64,000 nt of DNA from Cenarchaeum sp. (GCA_963693095.2 OY843768.1:1280001-1344000); one strand, 5' to 3'. Numbered from the stretch's first letter, positions 52,452 to 61,991 are shown. The notes: generated from the letters alone by a model not told the origin. Numbers and translations: made by a program.

Positions 52452-53513
52452 TCACTTTGAAATGGGCGGGACTTTTAGTGTCGGAGCCATGGCAGCCGCA
52501 AGATCCAGCTCTTCGAGAGCCTCGTCGTAGCGACCGAGCGATCGTAGCGCGTAGCCGCGGCAGATGTGCGTGCAGGCGTTGTCCGAATCCAGCGCTAGCG
52601 CGCGATCAAGATCCTTGAGCGCCGCGGCGTAATGGCCAAGTTCAAGGAGCGCATGACCGTGGCCAAGATGCGCATCGGCGCTGTCAGGATCCAGCTCGAG
52701 CGCATGATTCAACGCAAGACGAGCCTCATCGTAGCGACCGAGTCCTAGGAGCGCATGACCTCTCCCAATATACGCGTCGACGCTGTCCGGATCAAGCCCT
52801 ATCGCAGAGTCCATCGCGATGAGAGCCTCACCGTAGCGACCGAGCGAGTGGAGCGCCCTGCCGCGACAAAGGTGCGCATCAGAGTTGTCAGGCCTGATGT
52901 GAATTGCGCGATCAAAGGCAGCAAGGGCGTCAATGGTGCGATCAAGCTGGAGCAGTGTGTCACCCCTGCCGATGTGGGCCACAATATTGCCAGAATCAAG
53001 CTCGAGGGCACGGTCTAGTTCCACGAGGGCATCTTTATGCCTTCCAAGACTGGCAAGTATGGCGCCTTTTTTAACGCACACATCAATATTCTTGTGATCA
53101 ATGCTTTCGATACGATCGAATTCTTTTAATGCCTCATGAAATTTGCCATGAGCGGCAAAAATCAAACTTTTGTTTGTCGGCTCTATGGAGAACACAGGAT
53201 CAATCCTATTAACACATTCAAAAACTGTGAATGGACGCGAGTCGTCAGCATGAGTGGACAATGTGGGTTCGGAACCTAGGCGTGGTCTGTCCACGGAAAA
53301 ATGCTCGCGAAATATGATATGACGCATGGACGTCAGGCTATCGAGAGAATCAACGACATCTTTCCGGTTTTGCAAAGTCGGCAATTGTTTTTGATATTTG
53401 AGGCGCACCCCCGTGCCATATGCGCTTATGGCATCATCATAGCGTCCGTTCATATACAGATCTTCTCCACGGCTCATGCAGAGCTGGGAATCCTGTCGGG
53501 TGTTTGAATCCAT
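52452..53513 (-). CDS. Tetratricopeptide repeat protein
   Basis: About seven tandem 34 aa repeats (e.g. AYIGRGHALLGLGRYDEARLALNHALELDPDS) plus one N-terminal TPR. The ORF extends to 53693; the likely start is Met 53513. Confidence 0.88.
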   Translation of the reverse strand: MDSNTRQDSQLCMSRGEDLYMNGRYDDAISAYGTGVRLKYQKQLPTLQNRKDVVDSLDSLTSMRHIIFREHFSVDRPRLGSEPTLSTHADDSRPFTVFECVNRIDPVFSIEPTNKSLIFAAHGKFHEALKEFDRIESIDHKNIDVCVKKGAILASLGRHKDALVELDRALELDSGNIVAHIGRGDTLLQLDRTIDALAAFDRAIHIRPDNSDAHLCRGRALHSLGRYGEALIAMDSAIGLDPDSVDAYIGRGHALLGLGRYDEARLALNHALELDPDSADAHLGHGHALLELGHYAAALKDLDRALALDSDNACTHICRGYALRSLGRYDEALEELDLAAAMAPTLKVPPISK

Positions 53514-53707
53514 GCCGTTTCCGTCCTCAGGGCAAGCGGAGACTACTTTTAACCGTTTATTGGTCGCGTCGTTTGCCTCACGCCTGTATTCTCCACAACA
53601 TCTCAGGGGGGCCGTTTTGCACCTGCCATGCAAAACAGGCTCGCCCGCGTTCTGGCGCACCGCAGGCAATATCAAGTCTTTAAATAGAACCACGAGTATA
53701 CGAGTGC

Positions 53708-53875
53708 GTGAAATGGCACGAGGCAGTCATAATTGGCGGCGCACTTGTGGGACTTTACGCCACTCTCTCATCCAAGAGTGACGCTGCAGGCAGGGCAGAC
53801 GCAGACGAGATAGACGCAGACGATGAACATGATGCAGACGATGAACATGATGAAGGCGACTCCGACGCCAACTAG
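53708..53875 (+). CDS. Small 55 aa protein: hydrophobic N-terminal anchor plus Asp/Glu/His-rich tail (below ORF-track cutoff)
   Basis: GTG 53708 to TAG 53875: MKWHEAVIIGGALVGLYATLSSKSDAAGRADADEIDADDEHDADDEHDEGDSDAN. TTTAAATA box at 53679-53686, 29 nt upstream. Confidence 0.65.
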   Translation: MKWHEAVIIGGALVGLYATLSSKSDAAGRADADEIDADDEHDADDEHDEGDSDAN

Positions 53876-54115
53876 TACGGCAGAACAAACAAACGGTTCC
53901 ATGCCCACATCAAACTGGGCAGGTTTTCTCGCAGCCCACAAGGATGTAAAACGCCATTTCGACAAGCGATGCAATGACTGTGGAGTCAAAGTCACAATAT
54001 GCAAATGACCCCCCAACGAGAACGCGTGCGGGGGGAACAGCTTGTCGTGGTGCACGTGCGCATATCCTGCATATGCCTAGATCGTGAACACGCCCATTGC
54101 CACTGCAGGCGCGCA

Positions 54116-54463
54116 CTAGTACTCGCGTGGCGGGTTTACGCAGTCAATCGGCAGCTCAGAGGTCTGCATGGCGACTGCGATGTCGCGCACGTTGTGGTCA
54201 CAGAGCGTCTCGTAGACTAGGGCGTCCATCTTTTCCTTTGTCGGCTTTTCTTCCATGGACGAGACAAAGCCGACGAGGTAGCCCTGCATGTAGCTGAGCG
54301 ACTGGAGAATGCCGTGATACTCGTTGATGACCGGAAACATTGGGCACGCCTGTGGGTCGTTGCGTATGCTCGCCGCATACCTCTTTGTCGCGTCCACTGC
54401 GATTTTAAGGGACAGATCGTTGTCTGGCTCTTGCATATTGCGCAAACTCGTCTTGCGTTTCAT
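54116..54463 (-). CDS. Small hypothetical protein, paralogue 3 of 3
   Basis: 115 aa; TKRYAASIRNDPQACPMFP...YMQGYLVG...LCDHNVRDIA...VNPPREY; TATA at 54488-54495. Confidence 0.88.
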   Translation of the reverse strand: MKRKTSLRNMQEPDNDLSLKIAVDATKRYAASIRNDPQACPMFPVINEYHGILQSLSYMQGYLVGFVSSMEEKPTKEKMDALVYETLCDHNVRDIAVAMQTSELPIDCVNPPREY

Positions 54464-54867
54464 GTGACGCGCCTCAAGGTGGGCGCATTATTAATCATTC
54501 GCGGCATTCAGCGCACGAGCGCAGCGCAGCACCCGCTAACAAGACAGGCACGAACCGACCGACGTGTCTAGCCACAGCAACTCCACTAGGCAAGAGACGG
54601 GCAAGCCGTGGGCGCAAAGTCCGTCGACTCTGCAGGAACTCGCGCCATGGCAAGACAGCAGGACATTGGCGTATATCGAGCGGCATGCGCACAGGAGTCC
54701 CGTGTTTGAAGAGTGGCACAAGAACATCACGGGTATGAGATGAGAGGCGGACGGACGGATCCATTACGGATGCCGCCCGCCCTAAAGGCGAATCAATCGC
54801 GCGCCTCTGGGCAGGCAGGCAGGCGGCACACATTATTAGCGTTGCCCAAAAACGGACATGTCATCCC

Positions 54868-56160
54868 TCATGCGGTGATCTCTGACCTAATCACGTCAGC
54901 TAGGCCATCACGATCCCTGACGTATGCGCCCACCCCGTCATCAAGTATGGCACTCGCAAGGGCACCCATCTCCATTGTGCTGACCCGCAGCTCGTGCAGC
55001 CTCAGGAGCGAGTTTATCCTGTCATATGCGCCATGATCGCCGGACGCTCCGTCCAGCTCGCCGAGAATTTCGCGTGCCGTGACACTATCGCCCATGCCGG
55101 CCTCCATGGCGATTGTGTGCGCGAGGCCATCATGGTCGGAGACGGGGCGCAGTCCGACGGTGCGGCGGTCAAGAGCCTGCAGCTTGCGCGTGTCGTTCCT
55201 TCTTTCAGGATAGGCAAACCCGCGCGTTGTGGACAGCGCCACAAGGTCAGCGCCCCTAAACGGCATGCAATGGATCGTCGAGGCCATGTGATCCGCAAGG
55301 TTGGCGTACGGTATGTTGGTGGCAAGAAACGCGACATCCCTGTGCGCATACTTCCGAAGGCACTCATAGGCGGCCGGAGCCGACTCGGGCGGCCGGTACA
55401 GTATGTTCACCATGTTCAATCCAAGCTCGTCCACAATATACTCCAGCACGTCGGCAAAGGCAAAATATCCCATGTCAATTGAGGGAAGTGTATGCTTGCG
55501 GCAGCTCTCAATCTCGCCGTGCGTGCGCCAGAGCTTTTTTTGCAGCCAGTCAGGTGCCGTGCGGCTCTCGATGTTGGATTGCGGCACCTCTTCAACGTGT
55601 GGTGCCCTCCTTGCCTGCTCGGGGTTTAGGCCCAGGTGCGGCACGGACACAATGTCATAGCCAGCGGCCATCTGCGAGTTAACGAGTGTGTCAAGGAGCC
55701 GATCCTGCGCATCTCCGTACTCTAGCATTGCGTTTGGCGCGCCCATCGCAATGTCGCCAATCTGGAGCGAGCACACACGGAATGGAAAACGCTGCGCGTT
55801 GAACTTCTTAAGCTCGTCCACAAATCGTCGTGACGTGTCAGGGTCTGACATTAGAAAAAGCGCGTCACGGCGATAGATTGCCCTCGCATGCACGGCCACA
55901 TGGTTTTCGATCTTGATCCCTAGTTCATTGCGGGAGTTCATGTCCATCTCGTATCCCGTTGCGCATCTCGCCGGAGTCACGATCACCTCGTCGCCGGCGC
56001 GAATCTCGAGTGAGCGCAGTGCGGGCATGTTGTGTGTTGCCTCCACAACGCGCCTCACACGCACGTCTAGCAACGCAGGGTCACGCCCCCGCACGCGAGG
56101 CGCACGTGCCATACGCGGAATCCCCGCCACCTGCCATGCCGGACAGGCCGTTGCGCACAC
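54868..56160 (-). CDS. Hypothetical protein (~400 aa), possibly alpha/beta barrel
   Basis: Long ORF with normal globular composition and alternating beta/alpha-like segments (YDIVSVP, TLPSIDM, MVNILYR, GADLVAL). Start uncertain, probably downstream of 56160. Confidence 0.7.
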   Translation of the reverse strand: MCATACPAWQVAGIPRMARAPRVRGRDPALLDVRVRRVVEATHNMPALRSLEIRAGDEVIVTPARCATGYEMDMNSRNELGIKIENHVAVHARAIYRRDALFLMSDPDTSRRFVDELKKFNAQRFPFRVCSLQIGDIAMGAPNAMLEYGDAQDRLLDTLVNSQMAAGYDIVSVPHLGLNPEQARRAPHVEEVPQSNIESRTAPDWLQKKLWRTHGEIESCRKHTLPSIDMGYFAFADVLEYIVDELGLNMVNILYRPPESAPAAYECLRKYAHRDVAFLATNIPYANLADHMASTIHCMPFRGADLVALSTTRGFAYPERRNDTRKLQALDRRTVGLRPVSDHDGLAHTIAMEAGMGDSVTAREILGELDGASGDHGAYDRINSLLRLHELRVSTMEMGALASAILDDGVGAYVRDRDGLADVIRSEITA

Positions 56161-56489
56161 GAGTCAGGATATTTTTGCGCGTGTCGTTGCGCGGGTGATC
56201 CCGCAGCGGTGGCTTGACGGATGGCGCACCGGGGCCACGTTCCGAGCCTGTAGGCCGTCCTGCGCGCCGTGTCCCGTCTGCCATGCCTCCGCGGGCAGGC
56301 CGGCCCCCGCTTAAGTCTATTTCTGCGAGCCCACACGGGCAGACATCACAAAAAACAGAAATTTGTGATGAGCCGAAACGATCAGTGCGAACAGCAGATC
56401 TTTGTTCAGTTAGAGCGGGGAGTGCGCGAGTCTGAGTCTCTCGGGGTTTGTCCCTACACCATGTGTGCTATATGTACTCTTGCCACGCA

Positions 56490-56954
56490 TCATGCCGCAT
56501 CCTCTTTCTTCTCACAGCACTCGCCGGCCGGAATGTCAAGGTTGTGCGGGCACTTGCGCGGGTGGTGCAGCATCGTGCACAGCGCGTCGGTGAACTGTTT
56601 GCTCATGTGGTGCTCTGTCCCGCACACGAGCTCCTCATCAATGTCTATCTTTAGGGCCTCGTCCATGAGAACCTCAAGGAGGCGGCTGTTGCGGATCATC
56701 TTTGTCGCAATCTCGCGGCCCCTGGCAGTCGGCGCCACGTCGAGCTTGTCATATGTCACAAGGCCCTGCCTGTCGAGCTTTTTGAGCATCTGGACGACGC
56801 TTGGCTGGCGTATGTGGAGCATGCGCGCAATCGTGCTAATCTTTACCTCCTCGCCGCGCTCGCGTATGTGCCATATCGCCTTTAGGTACATCTCCATATG
56901 CTCGGCATCAGCCGTCCCCACAAATAACGTCTCCTCGCCGTGCTCGCCCATCAC
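56490..56954 (-). CDS. DtxR/MntR family metal-dependent transcriptional regulator
   Basis: EMYLKAIW...IARMLHIRQPSVVQMLKKL HTH, RLLEVL, EHHMS and HPRKCPH motifs. Overlaps the upstream stop. Confidence 0.93.
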   Translation of the reverse strand: MMGEHGEETLFVGTADAEHMEMYLKAIWHIRERGEEVKISTIARMLHIRQPSVVQMLKKLDRQGLVTYDKLDVAPTARGREIATKMIRNSRLLEVLMDEALKIDIDEELVCGTEHHMSKQFTDALCTMLHHPRKCPHNLDIPAGECCEKKEDAA

Positions 56955-57715
56955 TGCGCGACCTCGTCGTTTATGAGGTATTCAAAGTATTCGCGGGCCA
57001 GGCTCGCAAGGCCCACGTGGTCTGCCCATATGGCGACCATCTCGGGGCTCGCCGTGCCCGATTCCGGACCCAGCAGTATGACGACGTGGCGCCGGTCAGA
57101 GATGATCCCGCCGCCAAACAGGTTTGGGCGCACCTTTACGTCGGCCACGCGAGATATGGAGCGAACCGTCGCCGAGCTCGTCCCGTCAGACACGAGAACC
57201 GTGATCTTTACGCCGCGGTCATGGAGGAGGCGCAGCTTTGGCAGCGCGGCAGTCAGCATCTCGCGGCCGACGTGCGGCATGGCGATCATGACCTCGGTCC
57301 GGCAAGAGTCGATCATCTCGAGTATCCGCGAGGCAATGTTCGCGAGGCCAGAGAGGACCAGAATGTCGGGCTTTTCGCTGGTCCCGCTCTTTTCATAGAC
57401 AGGCCCGAGCTCCGAGACGATCGCGCGGCTGTCAGCCGAAAGGCGCTCCTCGGCGGCCCTGCGCGTGGCCTCGAGTCCAGTCGACGGCGAGTGAGGCGCG
57501 TACACTGTCGGCCTCGAGTCATCCGAGGAGACCCACCCCTTCTCCTCGAGTGAGGCGAGTGTCTCGTATATCTTTGAGTGGGGCACGCCAGAGCCCGTGC
57601 TCAGCGCACCGGCGCTCTGCGGGCCGCCCGAGAGGAGCGACGAGTATACGCGGATCTCGTATCCGGTCAGGCCAACACGCTCGAGGGCCTTGCGCACCCT
57701 GCCCGAGACGCTCAT
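56951..57715 (-). CDS. TrmB family transcriptional regulator
   Basis: GLTGYEIRVYSSLL...SGVPHSKIYETLASLEEKGWV...RPTVY HTH plus a PLD-like effector domain. ATG 57715 with TTTAAATA at 57739-57746. Confidence 0.93.
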   Translation of the reverse strand: MSVSGRVRKALERVGLTGYEIRVYSSLLSGGPQSAGALSTGSGVPHSKIYETLASLEEKGWVSSDDSRPTVYAPHSPSTGLEATRRAAEERLSADSRAIVSELGPVYEKSGTSEKPDILVLSGLANIASRILEMIDSCRTEVMIAMPHVGREMLTAALPKLRLLHDRGVKITVLVSDGTSSATVRSISRVADVKVRPNLFGGGIISDRRHVVILLGPESGTASPEMVAIWADHVGLASLAREYFEYLINDEVAQ

Positions 57716-57738
57716 AGGGTCTCTTTGAGCCCCGAGGG

Positions 57739-57799
57739 TATTTAAATCAGGCACGAAAACCCCCAAAACACCGTGAATTTGGTGACAAATCCGTTATAA
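57739..57799. promoter_or_regulatory. Divergent trmB/tes promoter region
   Basis: TTTAAATA (minus, 57739-57746) and TTATAA (plus, 57794-57799), each ~25-31 nt from its ATG. The palindrome ATTTG-N4-CAAAT (57777-57790) lies between them. Confidence 0.65.
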
Positions 57800-57824
57800 G
57801 GCCCAAGATTTCCCCTGTGGCAGG

Positions 57825-59489
57825 ATGTCACTGATACAGATCGCCGGACAGAGCCCCAAGACACAGGGCGCAAAGTCCTCGATCCGCTTTACGCAGAGCA
57901 TATGCCCGGACTGCAACATGATACTCGACGCCGAGGTCTTTGAGCGCGGCGGCCGCGTATACATGACAAAGACGTGCCCCGAGCACGGCGAGTGCGAGGA
58001 GCTCTACTTTGGGTCCTACGAGATGTACAAAAAGTTCAGCACGTACTGGGTCGACGGCAAGGGGGCCCATGCGCCAAACGTTCGCGTGGACACGTGCTCT
58101 TGCCCCAACAACTGCGGACTCTGCACGAGCCACCTCTCGCACAGTGGCCTGGCAAACATGATAGTCACGAACAGGTGCGACCTGACATGCTGGTACTGCT
58201 TTTTCTATGTGAAAAAGGGCCTAGAGGGCGCATACATGTACGAGCCAGACCACGCTCAGATACGCGCAATGATGAAGACGCTGCGCGCCGAGAGGCCAAT
58301 ACCGGGCAACTCGATGCAGATTACCGGCGGCGAGCCGATGCTCCGCGAGGACATTACCGATGTCATCAGCATAATGAAGGAGGAGGGCGTCGACCACATA
58401 CAGATGAACACGAATGGCATCCGCCACGCCATGGATCCAGAGGCCGCGCGCGAGGTCAGGCTAGCCGGCTGCAACAACCTCTATCTCAGCTTTGACGGCG
58501 TGACTGCGCGCACAAACCCAAAGAACCACTGGGAGATACCGCACGCCCTTGACAGTTGCCGCAAGACCGGCACGACCGTCGTCTTTGTTCCCACCGTCAT
58601 AAAGTCGATAAACGACCACGAGCTCGGCGGAATCATCCGCTATGCGCAAAAGAACATGGACGTCGTCCACGCCGTCAACTTTCAGCCAGTGTCACTCACG
58701 GGTCGCATGGGCAAGCAAGAGCGTGAAAAGTACAGGATTACGATACCGGACTGCATACAGAGGATAGAGGAGCAGACTGCCGGCGAGGTCACGATCGACG
58801 ACTGGTTCCCCGTCCCGAGCTGCATGCCGCTGACGAACGTCATCGAGGCGTTCTCTAGCAAGCCAAAGTACGAGCTCTCGATACACTTTGCGTGCGGGGC
58901 CGGCACGTATGTCTTTGAGGACGAGGACACGCGCAAGTTTGTCCCGATAACGAAATTCTGCGACATACAGGGAATGCTCGAGCTCTTTGAGGACAAGTCA
59001 GAAGAGATTCGCTCCGGCAAGAACAAGTACTTTACAATGCTAGAGGTCGTGCGCAAGCTCTCCTCGTTCATCGACAAGAAAAAGCAGCCCGCCGGCCTCG
59101 ACCTCGCAAAGATGTTTGGCAACATACTCATGAAGCGCACGTTTGACTCAGTCGGCTCTTGGCACGTAAAGGGTCTCTTTTTGGGCATGATGCACTTTCA
59201 GGACAAGTACAATGAGGATCTCGAGCGCCTCCAGCGCTGTGACATACACTATCTCACGCCTGACCTCAGGATTGTGCCGTTCTGCGCGTTCAACGTCATA
59301 CCCGAGTGGTATCGTGATCGCATCCAGAAAAAATACTCAATAAGCGTCGAGGAGTGGGAGGAGCGCGAGGGCACAAAGCTCGAGGACGGCCTCTATCGCG
59401 GCCTCATGAGGCGCGGTGCCGGAGACGAGCTTGCAGCAGGCTGCGCAAAGTCGCAGATGATGCACGAGGCCTCGCAGGCCACAGTCTAG
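57825..59489 (+). CDS. tes: Tetraether lipid synthase (GDGT macrocyclase), radical SAM
   Basis: N-terminal CPDC...CPEHG metal site, CPNNCGLC cluster motif, radical SAM CDLTCWYC, HFACG, and MHFQDKYN...RCDIHY...VPFC C-terminus; 554 aa. This is the MJ0619/Tes architecture. Confidence 0.93.
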   Translation: MSLIQIAGQSPKTQGAKSSIRFTQSICPDCNMILDAEVFERGGRVYMTKTCPEHGECEELYFGSYEMYKKFSTYWVDGKGAHAPNVRVDTCSCPNNCGLCTSHLSHSGLANMIVTNRCDLTCWYCFFYVKKGLEGAYMYEPDHAQIRAMMKTLRAERPIPGNSMQITGGEPMLREDITDVISIMKEEGVDHIQMNTNGIRHAMDPEAAREVRLAGCNNLYLSFDGVTARTNPKNHWEIPHALDSCRKTGTTVVFVPTVIKSINDHELGGIIRYAQKNMDVVHAVNFQPVSLTGRMGKQEREKYRITIPDCIQRIEEQTAGEVTIDDWFPVPSCMPLTNVIEAFSSKPKYELSIHFACGAGTYVFEDEDTRKFVPITKFCDIQGMLELFEDKSEEIRSGKNKYFTMLEVVRKLSSFIDKKKQPAGLDLAKMFGNILMKRTFDSVGSWHVKGLFLGMMHFQDKYNEDLERLQRCDIHYLTPDLRIVPFCAFNVIPEWYRDRIQKKYSISVEEWEEREGTKLEDGLYRGLMRRGAGDELAAGCAKSQMMHEASQATV

Positions 59490-59553
59490 GGCACTTCCCG
59501 GCACACAGCACTGCACACCAGGATTTACATTTCACGGCAGGCGATCGGCTCGC

Positions 59554-60501
59554 CTATGCGGCAATGCGCGCGTAAAACTCGTCATATGCCGGACCGAGCG
59601 CCTCACTAGAGAATCGCTCGATGACGCGCCGGCGCGCAGTCTCGGCTAGGCGTTTGGCCATCTCGGGGTCATCAAGCAGCGAGTTGACCGCATCGGCCAG
59701 TGCGGGAGCATCGCCGGGCGGCACGAGAAGGCCGGTCTTGCCATGCTCTATTATCTCGGGGATGCCGCCGACGTTCGAGCCGACTGCGGGTATGCCGAGG
59801 TACTGGGCCTCCTTTGTCGCGTTTGGTATGCTCTCGGCGAGTGACGGCTGCACAAAGACGTCCGAGGAGGCCAGCGTCCCCATGGCATCGCTCCACGGCA
59901 GTGACACACAGTACTTCACCGTGGCCCTGATCGACTTTTCGGCTGCGCGCAGCGTGGCGATCCCCTTTTCGGGACTGTCGCGCCCGACATACGAGACAGT
60001 CGGGCCGCTGTGCTCTGATCGCGCGATCTGGCCAAACCTCGACGTGTCTAGCGGACCGAGGAGAACCTCGAGGTTCACGCCAAGCCTCCTTGCGTACCTT
60101 TGGCGCACGTCCTCAGAGTCAGTCGTGAGCGCGTCTGCCCACGAGAGGGCGCGAGGCTCGACGGCAGTGACTGCCGAGTGCGCAACGCCGGGGTGTATCA
60201 TGCCAAACTGCTCCGAGTACACGCCGCCTAGCGTGAGCACGCGGCGGCGCGCGTGCGCGAGTCGCATCGCGAGCGCGGCCGGCATGCCAAACGCGTGAAC
60301 GATGTCATGGCGCCGTCTTGTGAGCGCGGCCTTTAGGGCAGAGGCCACGGCAAATGACGGCTGGGCCGCGTTTCTTGCGTGAATGTACGGCGCGCGCAAG
60401 AGCTCGACATCATGTCCGCGCGCGCGCATCATCTCAGAGACCTGGACCGCATACATGCCGGTTCCGCCCGTGTATCGCGAGGCGACATAGAGGATCTTCA
60501 T
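59554..60501 (-). CDS. Glycosyltransferase family 4
   Basis: DIVHAF, VGRDSPEKG, SDVFVQPSLAESIPNATKEA (EX7E) and NVGGIPEIIEHGKTGLLVPPGD. Confidence 0.93.
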   Translation of the reverse strand: MKILYVASRYTGGTGMYAVQVSEMMRARGHDVELLRAPYIHARNAAQPSFAVASALKAALTRRRHDIVHAFGMPAALAMRLAHARRRVLTLGGVYSEQFGMIHPGVAHSAVTAVEPRALSWADALTTDSEDVRQRYARRLGVNLEVLLGPLDTSRFGQIARSEHSGPTVSYVGRDSPEKGIATLRAAEKSIRATVKYCVSLPWSDAMGTLASSDVFVQPSLAESIPNATKEAQYLGIPAVGSNVGGIPEIIEHGKTGLLVPPGDAPALADAVNSLLDDPEMAKRLAETARRRVIERFSSEALGPAYDEFYARIAA

Positions 60502-61991
60502 CGGCGCCCTGCCCCCAGCTCGCGCACGACGGCGCCGACGAGGGCGCGCGTCCTCGAGTCAGCCGCATATGTCAGCGCGCCATATGCGCCAATGCCGATT
60601 AGGGCGAGGGCCATTATGTGCGGCGCAAGCTCCAGTGCGCCATCAAGGCCGTAGAGAAGCTGCCCAGAGACCGCATAGACTGCCCCAAACGAGGCTGCCG
60701 CACACAGTGCGTGCGCTGCGGCACGGCGCGCGCGCACGAGGGAGAACTCCCCGCGTGCGATCACGCAGACGTGCGCAAAGTGCGGAACCTGCATTGCGAG
60801 CGCAAGGGCCGCCCAATAGACCACGAGCGTTGGCTCGTCGATGCCGAGCGGCACGAGGGCGACTAGCATGACGGCGAGTGCGACGAGGTATGCGCCGCGC
60901 TGCATGACTATGAGTGACGGGATCGAGAAGAGGCGGCTGCGCGCATGCTCGACGGCAGTAGCGTCACCGGCATCAACGTCCTCTATTCCGGTGAGCGCGC
61001 GCGCAAGCACGTTGGTCACCATGCGCATCGAGACTAGGGCTGCGAGTATTGGCACTGCCGGTGCGGCGGCCGCATATGAGGGCCCGAGGGCGCGGAGGGC
61101 CGGCTCGGCGAGCGCAGAGGCCATCGCGGCGAGCGGAAAGACCATGTAGAGCACGAGTGCGAGGTTTTCGCGCAGGCCTTCCCGTGCGCCTCCGGCAAGG
61201 AGGCTCGGGTAGAGCGCCGTGTTGACGCGCTCGGCATGCGCTGCGATGAGGGCGATCGTGCGGGCCGCAATCCAGTACGCAACGCCGACGAGCGAGCCGG
61301 TGATCACGGTAAAGACGACAATGTCTGACTTTGAGAGGAGCGGCACGAGGTTGCGCCATGCGGGTATCCACGAGAGGCGCAGCCATCGTCTTATGCGCGA
61401 CGGCTCCAGTGCGCCGGCGAGCCTAGAGCGCGACATTGCGGCAAGAATTGCGGCATTGAGGGCAGAGCCTGCCAGGGCCGCGGCGATAACGCCGTCGATT
61501 CCCATCGAGAGGCCCATGACCAGGCCTAGTGCGAGGGCAGTCTTTGCTGCCGAGCCTACCAGGAGCGCATACTCTACGCCATGCGGGCGGTGGGTCAGCG
61601 TTATTGACGCCAGGGCGCGGCGGACCATCTCGGAGGGAACAATGACTGCGGCGAGCGCAAGAATGCCGACATCAACGCCTCCGGCAGGCGCCAGAACGTA
61701 TGCCATTGCCACATACGCCAAGGTGGCAGCACCAGAGAGCGCCGCACTAGAGGCCACTGCCGTGCGCGCAACTGCAAGGCCGCGCGCCGCATCGCGCGTG
61801 GCCCAGTACGAGACGACTGGGTCAAGGAGGAGCGCATACGTCAAGAGGACCCATATCGCGCCCCACGCGCCATACTCCTCGATGGGCAGGCCGCGCGCGA
61901 TGACTAGCGTAAAGGCCAGGCCGAGGACCAGCGTCATCGTGCCGGCCGCAAAGGAGGCGAGCCCAGAGTACGTCACGCGGATGCCAGGCAT
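60498..61991 (-). CDS. Polysaccharide/oligosaccharide flippase (Wzx/MOP-like membrane protein)
   Basis: About 12-14 hydrophobic segments; start MPGIRVTYSGL at 61991 with TTATA ~30 nt upstream; overlaps the GT4 start. Confidence 0.85.
   Translation of the reverse strand: MPGIRVTYSGLASFAAGTMTLVLGLAFTLVIARGLPIEEYGAWGAIWVLLTYALLLDPVVSYWATRDAARGLAVARTAVASSAALSGAATLAYVAMAYVLAPAGGVDVGILALAAVIVPSEMVRRALASITLTHRPHGVEYALLVGSAAKTALALGLVMGLSMGIDGVIAAALAGSALNAAILAAMSRSRLAGALEPSRIRRWLRLSWIPAWRNLVPLLSKSDIVVFTVITGSLVGVAYWIAARTIALIAAHAERVNTALYPSLLAGGAREGLRENLALVLYMVFPLAAMASALAEPALRALGPSYAAAAPAVPILAALVSMRMVTNVLARALTGIEDVDAGDATAVEHARSRLFSIPSLIVMQRGAYLVALAVMLVALVPLGIDEPTLVVYWAALALAMQVPHFAHVCVIARGEFSLVRARRAAAHALCAAASFGAVYAVSGQLLYGLDGALELAPHIMALALIGIGAYGALTYAADSRTRALVGAVVRELGAGRR

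Noticed and set aside
53768-54116. ORFs 53768-54055(-), 53823-54008(+) and 53910-54116(-)
   Set aside because: Low-complexity products of the short tandem repeat. The 53708-53875 frame has the better promoter and composition.
56365-56435. Possible C/D-box sRNA (GTGATGA ... CTGA)
   Set aside because: The 71 nt span is long for an archaeal C/D sRNA, and there are no convincing C'/D' boxes or terminal stem.
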